From IMG/VR virus record IMGVR_UViG_3300022935_000005, positions 62,001 through 126,000 of that record: 64,000 nt of DNA. One strand, given 5' to 3'. Position 1 is the first letter of the stretch; the number at the start of each line of letters is the position of its first letter. Positions 28,736 to 39,500 of this stretch are shown one piece after another. The notes below the pieces were generated by a model. It did not search any database. It was not told the DNA's origin and saw only the letters and a program-made list of their open reading frames with translations. The translations under genes were made by a program, and so were the position numbers.

Positions 28736-30538
28736 TTGAGTTTCGAATCAATACCAAGTAAGCCGCTTAACCTTTTTGATGTGCCAGAAGTTAATTCGTT
28801 ATCTATAACTTTTTCTTACAATTTTTTTACGCCTGACGAGAAAGTCGATGAGTCTGGTAACGAGGCTATAAATGGAAATCTTTCTGAGAGGTTCCTACGA
28901 AAAGGAACCGCCGACAAGACAAACTTGAACGCTCGTGTCCCGCGTTATGTTGAACTAAAATTTTCGGTATCTGATAGTAAGAAAAAAATGATGGGCCGCC
29001 AGAGTCGATCTTCTTCCCTTAAGTCAACCAGAGAGGAAGTGCTAGAAGCTCTTAATAATGGTCTTATTATTACAGAGGAAGATGTGTCCGCTCAACGTCT
29101 TAAGTCTTCTGTCATCGGCAACCAGTCGCTAGACTCCGCGCTCGAAAGTTTCATGAGACTAGCTTTAAATAGATATTCAGCAGCTGTTGAAGAGTCGAGT
29201 GTGCAGGATGCTGTAAGGCTTCTTGCTGCAAAGACTAAAGTCAACTCAAGCTATCTATCTTCGAACATGGTTCCTCCTTCTCTGAACGAAAGACCTGATA
29301 ACAAACAGTTTGTCAAATTTGTCACTAAGGAAAAGAAGGTCAAGTCCGCATTAGCTCTAAACACAGGGTATGCTACGATGGCTATTAAGCCGGCTTTAGA
29401 ACAAGGAGCGTCACTATACAACGACGCGCTGATAAGTAGATATTCCGAGTATTCACAATCTATGACCCACCCTACCGACTTTTTTGTAACAGAAGATGAG
29501 GGAGTATTTGATGTCCCATCTGCTGATATAACAAAAAGTGACGAAGAGTCATTCGTACCTGAAGCTTCTGTCATAGGCGTCATGTTTGAAAAATATAGAG
29601 TGTACAAGGGAAAACGGTATCCAATGCCTGTGGTGCTAGCAATGGGAAACAGTCCATCCGCTGCTTATGATTCCCAAGTTGCATATGGGCAGACATACGA
29701 GTATATAGCGACAACTTTGGCAAAAGTAAAAATACCGGTGACTTCTGATGATGGTCGTACGTACATACAAACTATGTTCATTGCCTCAAAGCCTTCATCT
29801 CCCGTACGAGCAAAAATCACAGAGGCCCGCGCCCCAGAGCCGCCGCAAGACATCAACTATCACTTCGACTACAGCTCTGAAGATCTTTATGTTACTTGGG
29901 CGCCTCCAGTAAACCCACAGCGCGATGTGAAATATATTCAAATATATCGAAGAAGCAGCGTTGATGAAGCATTCGAGCTAATAGCAAACCTCGATTTTGA
30001 TGATTCGATCATAAGGAACAAGCCGATAGAGAGTATTGATGAAAGTTTAACTTCTGCATATTCGTCAATGCCTACATATTTTATAGATACCGAGTTTGGA
30101 AGAGAGAGCTCTTACATTTACGCGTTAGTCGCAGTGGACGCCAGATTAATCAGCTCGCCGTACTCTACACAAGTTAAAGTGACATTTGATAGTCAAAAGA
30201 ATAAAGTCAAGAAAGAGTTAGTCAGTTATGCCGGCGCGCCAAAGCAGTACCCAAACTGGATGATTAAAGAAAACTTTTTCGTTGACTCTATGAAGGACTC
30301 TTCTCATGAGAAAGTTAATATTTACTTTAACCCTGAAGCATATACCGTTGTAAAGGGAAATGGAGAATCTTTCCCGGCGTTTTATTCGACGACCATTGAT
30401 CCTCTTTCAAAGTATGTGTTTCAATTTATGAATACAGATAGACTTTTAGAAAAGAAACTGGAAGTAACAATAAACGATGAAGTGTACCAATCAGTCGTGG
30501 CTGCGTCGGAAGTAGCTGGAGAAGATGATGACGAATAG
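28736..30538 (+). CDS. Structural protein with fibronectin type III-like domains
   Basis: PEPPQDI...LYVTWAPP...IQIYRR...FIDT...YIYALVAVD is an FN3-like pattern. TTG start. Confidence 0.6.
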   Translation: MSFESIPSKPLNLFDVPEVNSLSITFSYNFFTPDEKVDESGNEAINGNLSERFLRKGTADKTNLNARVPRYVELKFSVSDSKKKMMGRQSRSSSLKSTREEVLEALNNGLIITEEDVSAQRLKSSVIGNQSLDSALESFMRLALNRYSAAVEESSVQDAVRLLAAKTKVNSSYLSSNMVPPSLNERPDNKQFVKFVTKEKKVKSALALNTGYATMAIKPALEQGASLYNDALISRYSEYSQSMTHPTDFFVTEDEGVFDVPSADITKSDEESFVPEASVIGVMFEKYRVYKGKRYPMPVVLAMGNSPSAAYDSQVAYGQTYEYIATTLAKVKIPVTSDDGRTYIQTMFIASKPSSPVRAKITEARAPEPPQDINYHFDYSSEDLYVTWAPPVNPQRDVKYIQIYRRSSVDEAFELIANLDFDDSIIRNKPIESIDESLTSAYSSMPTYFIDTEFGRESSYIYALVAVDARLISSPYSTQVKVTFDSQKNKVKKELVSYAGAPKQYPNWMIKENFFVDSMKDSSHEKVNIYFNPEAYTVVKGNGESFPAFYSTTIDPLSKYVFQFMNTDRLLEKKLEVTINDEVYQSVVAASEVAGEDDDE

Positions 30539-30560
30539 TTTATGTTGTTTTCCGGGCGAT

Positions 30561-30567
30561 ATATTTA
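30561..30567 (+). promoter_or_regulatory. Putative late promoter ATATTTA
   Basis: Intergenic, upstream of the SD of 30591. Confidence 0.55.
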
Positions 30568-30590
30568 ACAATGGTTCAGGAGGAAATTAG

Positions 30591-31298
30591 ATGGGTTTTT
30601 TGGATAACAGTACTAACAACATAATCGTTGATGCAGTGCTAACAGACTATGGAAGAGAGCTCTTAGCCAGAAATGACGGCAGCTTTTCGATTGTGAAGTT
30701 CGCTTTTGGTGATGATGAAGTTGATTATACACTCATAGAAAAGTTTGGTCGGACTGTCGGTAAACAAAAGATAGAATTAAACACACCAGTGTTTGAGGCA
30801 CAGACGAACCAAAACTTTGCGCTTAAGCACAAACTTATAAGTTTGTCTAATCCAACTCTTTACAAGCTACCGACCGTTACCTACACTTCTTCTGGATTGA
30901 CCGGGACGAATCTTGCGTTTAAGAGATCTGGAGCTAATGCTACTCAAACGATTGTGTTCACCCAAGCTCTCGCTGATGAGAATACCATTGAACCAGAATT
31001 GAGAGATCAAACATTCCTCGTTAAGCTGCCCTATCGATTTCTGGAGCTCGGCGGGGGTGAGACACCTGACTCTATCGATTCAGAAGAAATTGCAACGTAT
31101 ATCGTTACCCGTGACTCGGCGACAACAGCCGCCGGCGGCTCTACATTGACATTAGAAATTAAGACGCGCTCTATATCAGATAGTGTGTTTACCTATTATG
31201 GTGATGCTGATAACAAAAATCAAATTTCCACTACATTTTCAGCAACAGGTGTACAGTCTGGCGTCGTAGTCCAATTGACGGCTACAATAGAGAAGTGA
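30591..31298 (+). CDS. Virion structural protein (tail collar/baseplate-like)
   Basis: AGGAGG SD. LTDYGRELLA...FAFGDDEVDY motif is reminiscent of fibre/collar N-termini. Confidence 0.6.
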   Translation: MGFLDNSTNNIIVDAVLTDYGRELLARNDGSFSIVKFAFGDDEVDYTLIEKFGRTVGKQKIELNTPVFEAQTNQNFALKHKLISLSNPTLYKLPTVTYTSSGLTGTNLAFKRSGANATQTIVFTQALADENTIEPELRDQTFLVKLPYRFLELGGGETPDSIDSEEIATYIVTRDSATTAAGGSTLTLEIKTRSISDSVFTYYGDADNKNQISTTFSATGVQSGVVVQLTATIEK

Positions 31299-31305
31299 GG
31301 AAAAA

Positions 31306-32586
31306 GTGGCAACGTTTAAAGAAATATCAGCAGCGGACGTAAAGACATCACGTTCTGTCCTGAACCAACTGGTCGATGTTATTCAAGAAGATATATCAGG
31401 TTCTGCGACAAGGAAGTCATACCAACAGTTCGTGACAGGTGGCGTTGGTCCTGGTGTAACATCATCTTTGTACCAAACAGTATATGATCAAGATTTTACC
31501 TTACAGACAGCAAATCCGCTTTTTGACATGACGGTTGGTGTCTACGAATCTGGGGCTACAGTTCTCAGTTCTTCAACAGGTACTGACTCAAATGGTAAAC
31601 TTCTTTTCCCGTCTCAGTCTTTGATGATGAGAGAAAAGGTTGATGTATATCGACAGTATGCCGCCAATCTGCTAGGCGATTCTTCTCTATCATTCTCTAC
31701 GCCTTACGGATCCACGAACACCGATGACCAGGTAGACAACGCCGCGTTTATATCTTTCAAACGCCTGTTTACAAGAGACAAGATCAAGCGAGAAACGTTC
31801 GCAATGAAGATGTATCAATTCGCGAATGGAGCTGATGAAACGAACAGGAGTTATGCAGTCACCGGTGAGCAAAATCTATTTCAAACAGCGACCGGGTCTG
31901 CCAGTATCTTTACAGATTTCGGATCATCGACTAACAGACGCCGAACTTTCGGCGGGGAGGTTGGTAACCTTGTCGATTCCACCGACTCATCTAAGCACGT
32001 AGGGCTTGTTTTTTACGATGCCGGAACAGTCGTTCTCAACCTTGGTGGTCGAGGAAGCGCTGCCTCACAATTAAGAGCAGTTGCAGGAGACCAGTATCTC
32101 TCAGGCGCGATCTCTGCCATGGTTGCAGCTTCTAGCGCGGACAATCTAGATGTGCCGTATGGCAAGGAAATAATGGGACTATCTTCGTTCAGCGCCGGCG
32201 TTGGCGCGACCAAGTTGGTTCCTGACTTAATGACATCTGCTAGCATTGATGATATTGTTGATCACCTTAGTATGACTAGATTTTCGTCAGGTTCATTGAC
32301 AGCTGCGACGTTCCAAAACAATACAAACATCAATTCTACTCTTATCTTCTGCAGAGCGACAGCAGACGAATTCAACTATTCTTCTAACCCAACATACACC
32401 GATTCTGATAACAGGATCAGAGTGATTGAAGAAGGACAAGAAGACGTGCAACGCTCATTCACGTACATTACGACTGTTGGTCTATACGATGTGAATGACA
32501 ATCTACTAGCCGTCGCAAAGCTTTCTCGCCCTATTGAGAAGAATGATGAGAAGGATTTGACTGTTCGAGTGCGACTCGATTTCTAG
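31306..32586 (+). CDS. Virion structural protein (baseplate-associated)
   Basis: C-terminal EFNYSSNPT...YITTVGLYDVNDNLLAVAKLSRPIEK...VRLDF motif. GTG start with GAGG SD. Confidence 0.65.
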   Translation: MATFKEISAADVKTSRSVLNQLVDVIQEDISGSATRKSYQQFVTGGVGPGVTSSLYQTVYDQDFTLQTANPLFDMTVGVYESGATVLSSSTGTDSNGKLLFPSQSLMMREKVDVYRQYAANLLGDSSLSFSTPYGSTNTDDQVDNAAFISFKRLFTRDKIKRETFAMKMYQFANGADETNRSYAVTGEQNLFQTATGSASIFTDFGSSTNRRRTFGGEVGNLVDSTDSSKHVGLVFYDAGTVVLNLGGRGSAASQLRAVAGDQYLSGAISAMVAASSADNLDVPYGKEIMGLSSFSAGVGATKLVPDLMTSASIDDIVDHLSMTRFSSGSLTAATFQNNTNINSTLIFCRATADEFNYSSNPTYTDSDNRIRVIEEGQEDVQRSFTYITTVGLYDVNDNLLAVAKLSRPIEKNDEKDLTVRVRLDF

Positions 32587-32598
32587 TAGGGGGTCCGA

Positions 32599-35034
32599 GT
32601 GTCCCTTTTCAAGCTGGACAAAAGCTATTTCGATTCTTTCAAGGTCTTAGCGAAACCTAAGAGAACCTTTTCATCATCCAGTAGTGGTGTCACGGGATCG
32701 ATACCTGTGTATCCCGGCGCATCCGTGCAGATGAAAGAGGTGGTTCTTTCTTTTTCTGATGACCTTGTAGATGATGAAACAGCTGAGTCGTTACGACAAG
32801 ATATAATAAAGACGGGAGTTAACAAGAATTCTTTAGAAGAATACTTGACTGCCGTGAATGCAGAGACAGCCAACGCTCGACTCAACAAGAAGGTCGAAGT
32901 CTTTCGATTCGAACCTTCATTCCGCTTTACTAGCGATACGATAAGAAAGTGCGTCATCAAGGACGTCTTGTATCCGTTCTATAGAATTAGATATGGTAAG
33001 GCTTGTAACTGGGCATTCACGAACTATAACACCCTAAACTTTTTCTCAACACAAGATGATACGGTACCTGAAGACGCGGTATTGATATATCCCGCAACAG
33101 GGTCATACAAATATAGACCTACTGGATCATTCTCGTTTGAGTTTTATATCAACCCCCGGTATCATGAATTCACACGTCATGGAGAGTTTCCAGCCGGCAC
33201 TCTGTTGCATCTTTCTAGTTCGTATGCTGTTTCCCTTGTCTCTGGAAGCTCAAGGGATTCTAATGGCTTTGTGGATGGCTTCAGACTGATGTTACAGTTG
33301 AGTCATTCTGCAGAGATACCGCCATCAGAGTGTAGTTTAACTCTAAACGACTCAACTCGTACTGAACCTTATGACTTCATATTTTCGTCGTCAGATAATT
33401 CACTTACTAGAAATCGCTGGCACCACTGTTGCATTCGGTGGGACAATAATACTCAGAACTCCACAGGTTCCTTCATCATCGACGGTGAGACTAAGGGAAC
33501 TTTTGATATTCCCACTTCCGCATTGAGTGGTAGTTATCTACAGCGTGAGCTACCGAGTACTGTAGATAGAGGGCTACCTTCTCTGTCTGGCTTAGGCCCA
33601 CCAGACGCTTTATTTGTTGGTAACTTTTATGTCGGTCCTAATTCAGATGGAGGCACAACTGAAGACTACACTTCACAGTTCTTTAATCCGGATGTTGCTT
33701 ACTCTGACGGAATAATGAATTACTACGGTCCGACTATCACACATGAAACTAATCCTGCTGACAAGCCCGGTGAACCAGATATCTTTTCTTTCACTCACCC
33801 CTTGAACGCAGAAGTTCATGAGGTAAAGATCTATAACAAGTATCGTACAGACTTTGAGATTGATGAAGCTCGCCAGAACGGATTTACGAGCTTGGAGAGT
33901 GAAAAGTCATCAGGGCTTCTCTTCTATCTTCCTCCCTTCTTCGTAAAAGACACAGCAGAGCGTGATGTTTTGCAAACGCCATTCCAGACTGCTAGGGGAT
34001 CTACTGACGACCCGTTTAACGTTCCCCTATCATTCGGCGTCGGCGGACACTATCTAAACTTAGAAAACTTTACCAAAGAATTCGTAGAAGGTGTGTGGCC
34101 TCGATTATTCGCGTTGTCTGGATCAACAATAGACGATTCGACTGGGTGGTCAACTGCAAATAATTTCTTGTTCACAACAGGTAGCGTTAGAAAGAGAAAC
34201 CTGACGATTCTTCCAAACGACAACGGTTTATTTATACCAAACTTTGGGCTTCTTGAGGAGGGTATAACGGATCCCGGACTGACGGGTTCACTGTCTTTGT
34301 ATAAGGATGATTCTGGCTCTAAAAATCTAATGCTTGTCAACTTGTCTGAATTGCTGCCAACGGCATCGGTTGGTAGAGGATTGTTAGGTACAGAGACAGA
34401 AGGTAGTATATCTGAAAGCCTACAAGGAGCCACTCCTGATGACCCAAGTGTTCCAGCTGGCTCAATATTGACGATCTATAATAGAACTCGAGACCCTTCA
34501 TCAAATGAAATCACAATTTTTGATGCTAGTAATCTGTTCTACGGAAATAAGATTGATCCTGGTACGTATGTGTTGACAGATTCGTCTATAACAGGCTCCG
34601 GCGGTAGAGTTGCCATAACACTTAACGATCACAGCGGGAGCCTATACAGGGCCGACTGTGATACTCCAAGAGCAAAGTGGAATCCTGTCGGCGCCCTTTT
34701 ATATGAAGAAGGTATTGCAACAGTACAGACACCCCTCATTCCACGTTTCGGCGCTGATCAGTTTGAGGTATCTTTTGATGGTCAACAAAACATTCACGTT
34801 TTGCGTATAGATGTACCTGCAGATCGTGGTGATCTAGATCTTTCTACGAATCCTTCGTTCCTGCAATTAGACCCCACGGATCAGCCTGCTGATGAGGGCA
34901 CAAAGTTTTGCTATATCACTAACGTTAACTTACATGACGAAAATCTTAATATTATAAGTAAGACAAATTTCTCTCAAGCTTTAGTCAAGAGAGAGAATGA
35001 TAAGTTTGTGATTAGGATAAAGCTGGACTTTTAA
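32599..35034 (+). CDS. Virion structural protein with LamG-like domain; C-terminus paralogous to 31306..32586
   Basis: FSFEFYINP, RWHHCCIRWD and EVHEVKIYN are LamG-like. C-terminal STNPS...YITNVNLHDENLNIISK...IKLDF. Confidence 0.6.
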   Translation: MSLFKLDKSYFDSFKVLAKPKRTFSSSSSGVTGSIPVYPGASVQMKEVVLSFSDDLVDDETAESLRQDIIKTGVNKNSLEEYLTAVNAETANARLNKKVEVFRFEPSFRFTSDTIRKCVIKDVLYPFYRIRYGKACNWAFTNYNTLNFFSTQDDTVPEDAVLIYPATGSYKYRPTGSFSFEFYINPRYHEFTRHGEFPAGTLLHLSSSYAVSLVSGSSRDSNGFVDGFRLMLQLSHSAEIPPSECSLTLNDSTRTEPYDFIFSSSDNSLTRNRWHHCCIRWDNNTQNSTGSFIIDGETKGTFDIPTSALSGSYLQRELPSTVDRGLPSLSGLGPPDALFVGNFYVGPNSDGGTTEDYTSQFFNPDVAYSDGIMNYYGPTITHETNPADKPGEPDIFSFTHPLNAEVHEVKIYNKYRTDFEIDEARQNGFTSLESEKSSGLLFYLPPFFVKDTAERDVLQTPFQTARGSTDDPFNVPLSFGVGGHYLNLENFTKEFVEGVWPRLFALSGSTIDDSTGWSTANNFLFTTGSVRKRNLTILPNDNGLFIPNFGLLEEGITDPGLTGSLSLYKDDSGSKNLMLVNLSELLPTASVGRGLLGTETEGSISESLQGATPDDPSVPAGSILTIYNRTRDPSSNEITIFDASNLFYGNKIDPGTYVLTDSSITGSGGRVAITLNDHSGSLYRADCDTPRAKWNPVGALLYEEGIATVQTPLIPRFGADQFEVSFDGQQNIHVLRIDVPADRGDLDLSTNPSFLQLDPTDQPADEGTKFCYITNVNLHDENLNIISKTNFSQALVKRENDKFVIRIKLDF

Positions 35035-35567
35035 TGAGGCTTGGACTAGACGTATCTACATCAAATGTCGGGTGGTGTTTGCTAAATGAAGCAGGTAGCA
35101 TAGTCACTGCCGGGGCTGTTGAGCTTTCAAAAAAGAAAGACATCTTCGACAAAGCACTAGCCGTCCGCGAAGCACTACGTGATATAAGCAGAGATCATGA
35201 AGTAACAGATGTCGCGATAGAAGAGAATCTACAAGCGTTCCGTCCTGGATTCTCTAGCGCAAAGACAATCGTTACGCTGGCAAGATTCAACGGTATTGTC
35301 ACTCTTATCGCATTCGAAGAGCTAAATGTCCAGCCAGAGTTTGTGAACGTCAATTCTGCTAGAAAACTCGCTGGCTTGAAAATAATCAAGAAGTCTGATG
35401 TAACCACGAAAGACCAAGTCTTAAATTTTGTGAAAGAGAAGGAACCAACTTTCGAGTGGCCGACTCGAACCCTCAAGTCAGGCGCAAGAAAAGGTCATGT
35501 AATACCAGCCGATTGCTGTTATGATATAGCAGATGCATATATTGTAGCAGCAGCCGGTTGTGTTTAA
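35034..35567 (+). CDS. ruvC: RuvC-like Holliday junction resolvase
   Basis: LGLDVSTSNVGW (catalytic D), VAIEE (E) and DIADAYIVA (DxxD); RNase H-like fold pattern. Confidence 0.8.
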   Translation: MRLGLDVSTSNVGWCLLNEAGSIVTAGAVELSKKKDIFDKALAVREALRDISRDHEVTDVAIEENLQAFRPGFSSAKTIVTLARFNGIVTLIAFEELNVQPEFVNVNSARKLAGLKIIKKSDVTTKDQVLNFVKEKEPTFEWPTRTLKSGARKGHVIPADCCYDIADAYIVAAAGCV

Positions 35568-36535
35568 TGAGTGAAGATCTTCTCATAAGAAAAAGAATAA
35601 AGCTGATTCGAGATGCTTTTGGTGACGTTCTTCTAGATAGAGACGGAGTTAATGCTGCGATCTGCTGTATTAATCCGAAGTGTTCGACATACGGAAAAAA
35701 GCATAAGAAGAAGCTGTGTCTTAGGGTTGATAATGAGTTTTATCACTGCTGGGTGTGTGGTACAAGAGGTAAGGGCCTCGCTCGTTTCTTCAAGATTCAC
35801 GCTCCTCGATATTACAACATCGCTGAAGACATCTTTCACAAACAGGTAAAAGAAAAAGAAGCCCAACAAGAGAGAATTACGCTTCCTGAAAACTTTAGGC
35901 TACTAGCAGCCATCGGTAGAAATGCCGATCCGGATCTTAAGGCTGTAAAAAAGTATGTTCTTCAGCGTGGGGTTACCGAGAAGCAAATGTGGTATTTTAA
36001 AATGGGAGCCGTTCCCTCCGGTCGTCTACGCAGAAGAGTTATAATTCCGTCTTTCGATTCAGAGGGCTTCTTAAATTACTACACTGCTCGCTCAATCGAT
36101 GAAGATAACAGGAAGTATGTAAACCCAAAAGTAAAGAGGTCTGAAATTATCTTTAACCAGATTAATATAGACTGGTCTAAGCGACTGATTTTGGTAGAAG
36201 GACCATTTGACTTAATAAAGAGTGTTCAAAACTCTACTTGCCTGCTCGGGTCTTCTTTAAGCGAGAACCACCTGTTATTCCAAGAAATTGTTAAGAATAA
36301 TACACCCGTGACTCTAGTACTTGATCCGGACGCTAAACTAAAATCACAGAAAATTGCGTCATTACTGCACTCATATGACGTTGATGTAAAAACTTTAGAC
36401 ATAGAGCCCCATACAGATGTCGGAGAAATGCCTCTCGGTAAACTGTCTAAAATGCTTGAGCGAGCAGTACCGTGGTCCTCGAACGATAGATTGAGATCTC
36501 TAATAAGTACAATTCGCTCCGGCTCCTTAATATAG
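35567..36535 (+). CDS. dnaG: DNA primase (zinc-binding domain plus TOPRIM; T4 gp61/DnaG-like)
   Basis: Cys motifs CINPKC and HCWVC; RVIIPSF...YYTARSI...KYVNP; LVEGPFD; LDPDA; DVGE. Start placed at the TAATG overlap. Confidence 0.85.
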   Translation: MSEDLLIRKRIKLIRDAFGDVLLDRDGVNAAICCINPKCSTYGKKHKKKLCLRVDNEFYHCWVCGTRGKGLARFFKIHAPRYYNIAEDIFHKQVKEKEAQQERITLPENFRLLAAIGRNADPDLKAVKKYVLQRGVTEKQMWYFKMGAVPSGRLRRRVIIPSFDSEGFLNYYTARSIDEDNRKYVNPKVKRSEIIFNQINIDWSKRLILVEGPFDLIKSVQNSTCLLGSSLSENHLLFQEIVKNNTPVTLVLDPDAKLKSQKIASLLHSYDVDVKTLDIEPHTDVGEMPLGKLSKMLERAVPWSSNDRLRSLISTIRSGSLI

Positions 36536-36553
36536 ATATTGGAGTATTAATTA

Positions 36554-39500
36554 ATGACTTTAAAGTGCGCGCATTTTGCAGATATTCACTTTCGAGGCCT
36601 TTCCCGCCACGACGAATATAGAAAAGTGTTTTCTCAATCATTCGAGAAACTAAAAGAATTGCAACCTGATATCATCTTCTTGGGTGGGGACATTGTACAT
36701 TCTAAAACCCAAGGAATCTCACCAGAGCTAATCGATATCCTACGCTGGTGGTTCACCAGCCTTGCTGACATTGCTCCAGTGCATATAATACTTGGCAATC
36801 ATGACGGTCTAATGACAAACGAAGATCGTTTAGATGCAGTTACGCCGATTGTAAGAGCGATTGGTGACCCTAGAATCAAACTCATGAAGGGTACAGGAGT
36901 GTATCCGACGGGAATTCCCGGGTACAACTGGTGTGTATTTTGTTGTTTTGACCCTAAGGGCTGGCCTGACTTAAAGCCTCCGGAAGATGGAATCAACATT
37001 GCGTTATATCACGGTCCTGTGAATGGTTCACTAACTGACCAAGACTGGGAAATTAATGGCGATAGCGTTAAAGTTGACTTTTTTAAAGGCTTCGACTACA
37101 CTATGCTGGGAGATATCCACAAGAGACAGTTTCTGACTGAAAAAGTAGCATACCCTGGTTCTACGATACAACAGAACTATGGCGAGGACGTTGAGAAAGG
37201 TTTCTTGTTTTGGGAAATTCGAGATAAAGACGACTTTGATGTTAAATTTATAGAACTGAAGAATGACCATGCTTTTCGTTCAATAAAGTGGCAAGGAGAT
37301 GTTTCTTCGACACTGGATGAAGTCCAAGATGACTGGACAGGTTCAAGGTTTAGAGTGATCCATAAAGGGATGACTCAAACTGAATTTAAGCAGCTTCAGA
37401 ATTCCTTAAGGGAAAAGTACGATGCGTATGAGGTCGTCTCCAAGAATGAGCAGGAAAGCTTCAAGGGGGCTGATACTGAGATCGCGACAAGCATCGGGAA
37501 AATATCAAGGAATGACCTTAGAAGCTTCAAACAACAAGACGCCTTGATGTCTGAATACGTCAAGCGTATGGAGCTTTCTGATGAAGACAGACAGTCACTA
37601 CGAGAACTGCATAAAGACGTATTCGGAAGGTGTGTTCAAGAGGCCTCCGCCAAGTCACACCAGTGGAGACTTCGGCGCCTAAATTTTGATAACACGTTTG
37701 GGTATGGAGAAGGCAACATAATAGATTTCGATACCTTGAACGGTATAACGGGAATATTCGGTAAGAACAGGGTCGGCAAATCTTCAATTCCTGGCACGAT
37801 ATCTTATTCTCTATTTAATGCCTCTGATCGTGGCACTCTTAAGAACATCCATATCGTAAACAATCGAAAGAATTATTGCAAAGCCGCCGCCGACTTTTCA
37901 GTAGCTGGAGAGATGTGGAGAGCAGAAAGACAGACAGTAAAGAGAACCAACAGAAACGGTGTCGTATCTGCTCCAACGAATTTGAATCTATTCAGAATAG
38001 ATGAATCGGGTAACCCAATAGAAGACGCAACCGGTGAACAGCGCAGAGAAACAGAAAAGACTCTGCGCGAATTAGTCGGTACTGTAGACGACTTTATGAT
38101 GACGTCATTCGCTTCTCAAGGTGGAATGGATGCCTTCATCAAAGAGGGCTCAACACAACGTAAGAATATACTGACCCGCTTTTTGGACTTACAGATCTTT
38201 GATGACATGTTAAAGATAGCTAAGGGAGAGATGTCTGAGCTTCGAGGGGAGATGAGATCTGCTCCTGATCGTAATTGGCAAGAATTGATTGATGAACAGT
38301 CATCCCTTGGAGAGAAGCTAAATTTGGAGATATCTGAAGTAGAGGAAGAGCTAGTATCTCTTAAGAAAGATAGGGATGACCTAAAGATAAAGTTAGCTGC
38401 TCTACCAGATTCAGAGCTTTATACGAAAGAGCAAATACAGGAGCAGGTACAAAAGCTTTCTGATATGAACACCAAGCGCGAAACTCTTTCAAAAAAGATA
38501 ATTGAGCTGTCTAACAGCATTGACACAGCTTCAAAAAAGATAGAAAAGATTGGCCTTATAAAAGAGCAGTTCCCCATTGAAGAACTGAGGAAAGAATTTG
38601 ATACTCAAAAAGCTCTACAGTCGCAGCAAGAACTAATAGAGTCAAAGTTAGAGTTAGAACTACAACGCCTTGACAGCAAGAAAAAGTCCGCTAAAAAACT
38701 TGAGAGAGTGCCTTGTGGTGACCAATTCCCAAAATGTCCGTACATCAAAGATGCCCACAAGAGCGCTTCTGAGTTAGATGATCAAAAACTTGTTATAACT
38801 GGTGTGAGAAAAGAGTTAAGAGCCCTCAAGTCGAATATACAAGCGCTGATGGAAAAGGGCTTGTCTGAAAGACTGCTTAAATACGAGGACCTCTTGAAGA
38901 AAGAGAGCTCTTTGAGAATTAGCCATTCAGACTTTCGTTTAGAAATGAAAGAGATTGAAAGTGATCATCAGGATGCTATCAACTTCATAAAGGAAGGAAA
39001 GACTCAACTTCGAGAGATGCGCCTTCGCTCCATCGACGAAGAAAAAGATACGGCTGTAATCGCAATGAGAGATCAGCTAAAGAAAGTTGAGGATAGAATA
39101 AGCAATCTTGATGCAGAGAGATTATACCTCACTGAACAGATAAGTGTGGCAAAGCAGAAGAAGATTACTTTGATCGAAGAGAATCGGAGGTTCGGCGCTG
39201 TTAAGTCAAGGTGGGAGACATATAACGTGTTTATGCAAGCTGTTGACAAGAAGGGTATCCCACTCACAATCTTGTCTTTACAGCTACCACAAATCAACAA
39301 TGAGCTAACAAAGATCCTACAAGGAGTTGTAAACTTTGACCTTTCCCTTGAAGCCGATTTAGAGTCTAACAATATGGAGATCTTTATAGATTACGGAGAT
39401 TCAAGGAGAATAATTGAGTGTGGTTCCGGAATGGAAAAAATGATTTCTTCGCTAGCCCTTCGAGTCGCACTAATCAACGTATGTAATGCGCCAAGGAGCG

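Noticed and set aside
35034-35567. RuvC-like gene as a TnpB/Cas12 or transposase
   Set aside because: Only 177 aa, with no zinc ribbon or REC regions, terminal repeats or adjacent array. It fits a stand-alone resolvase.
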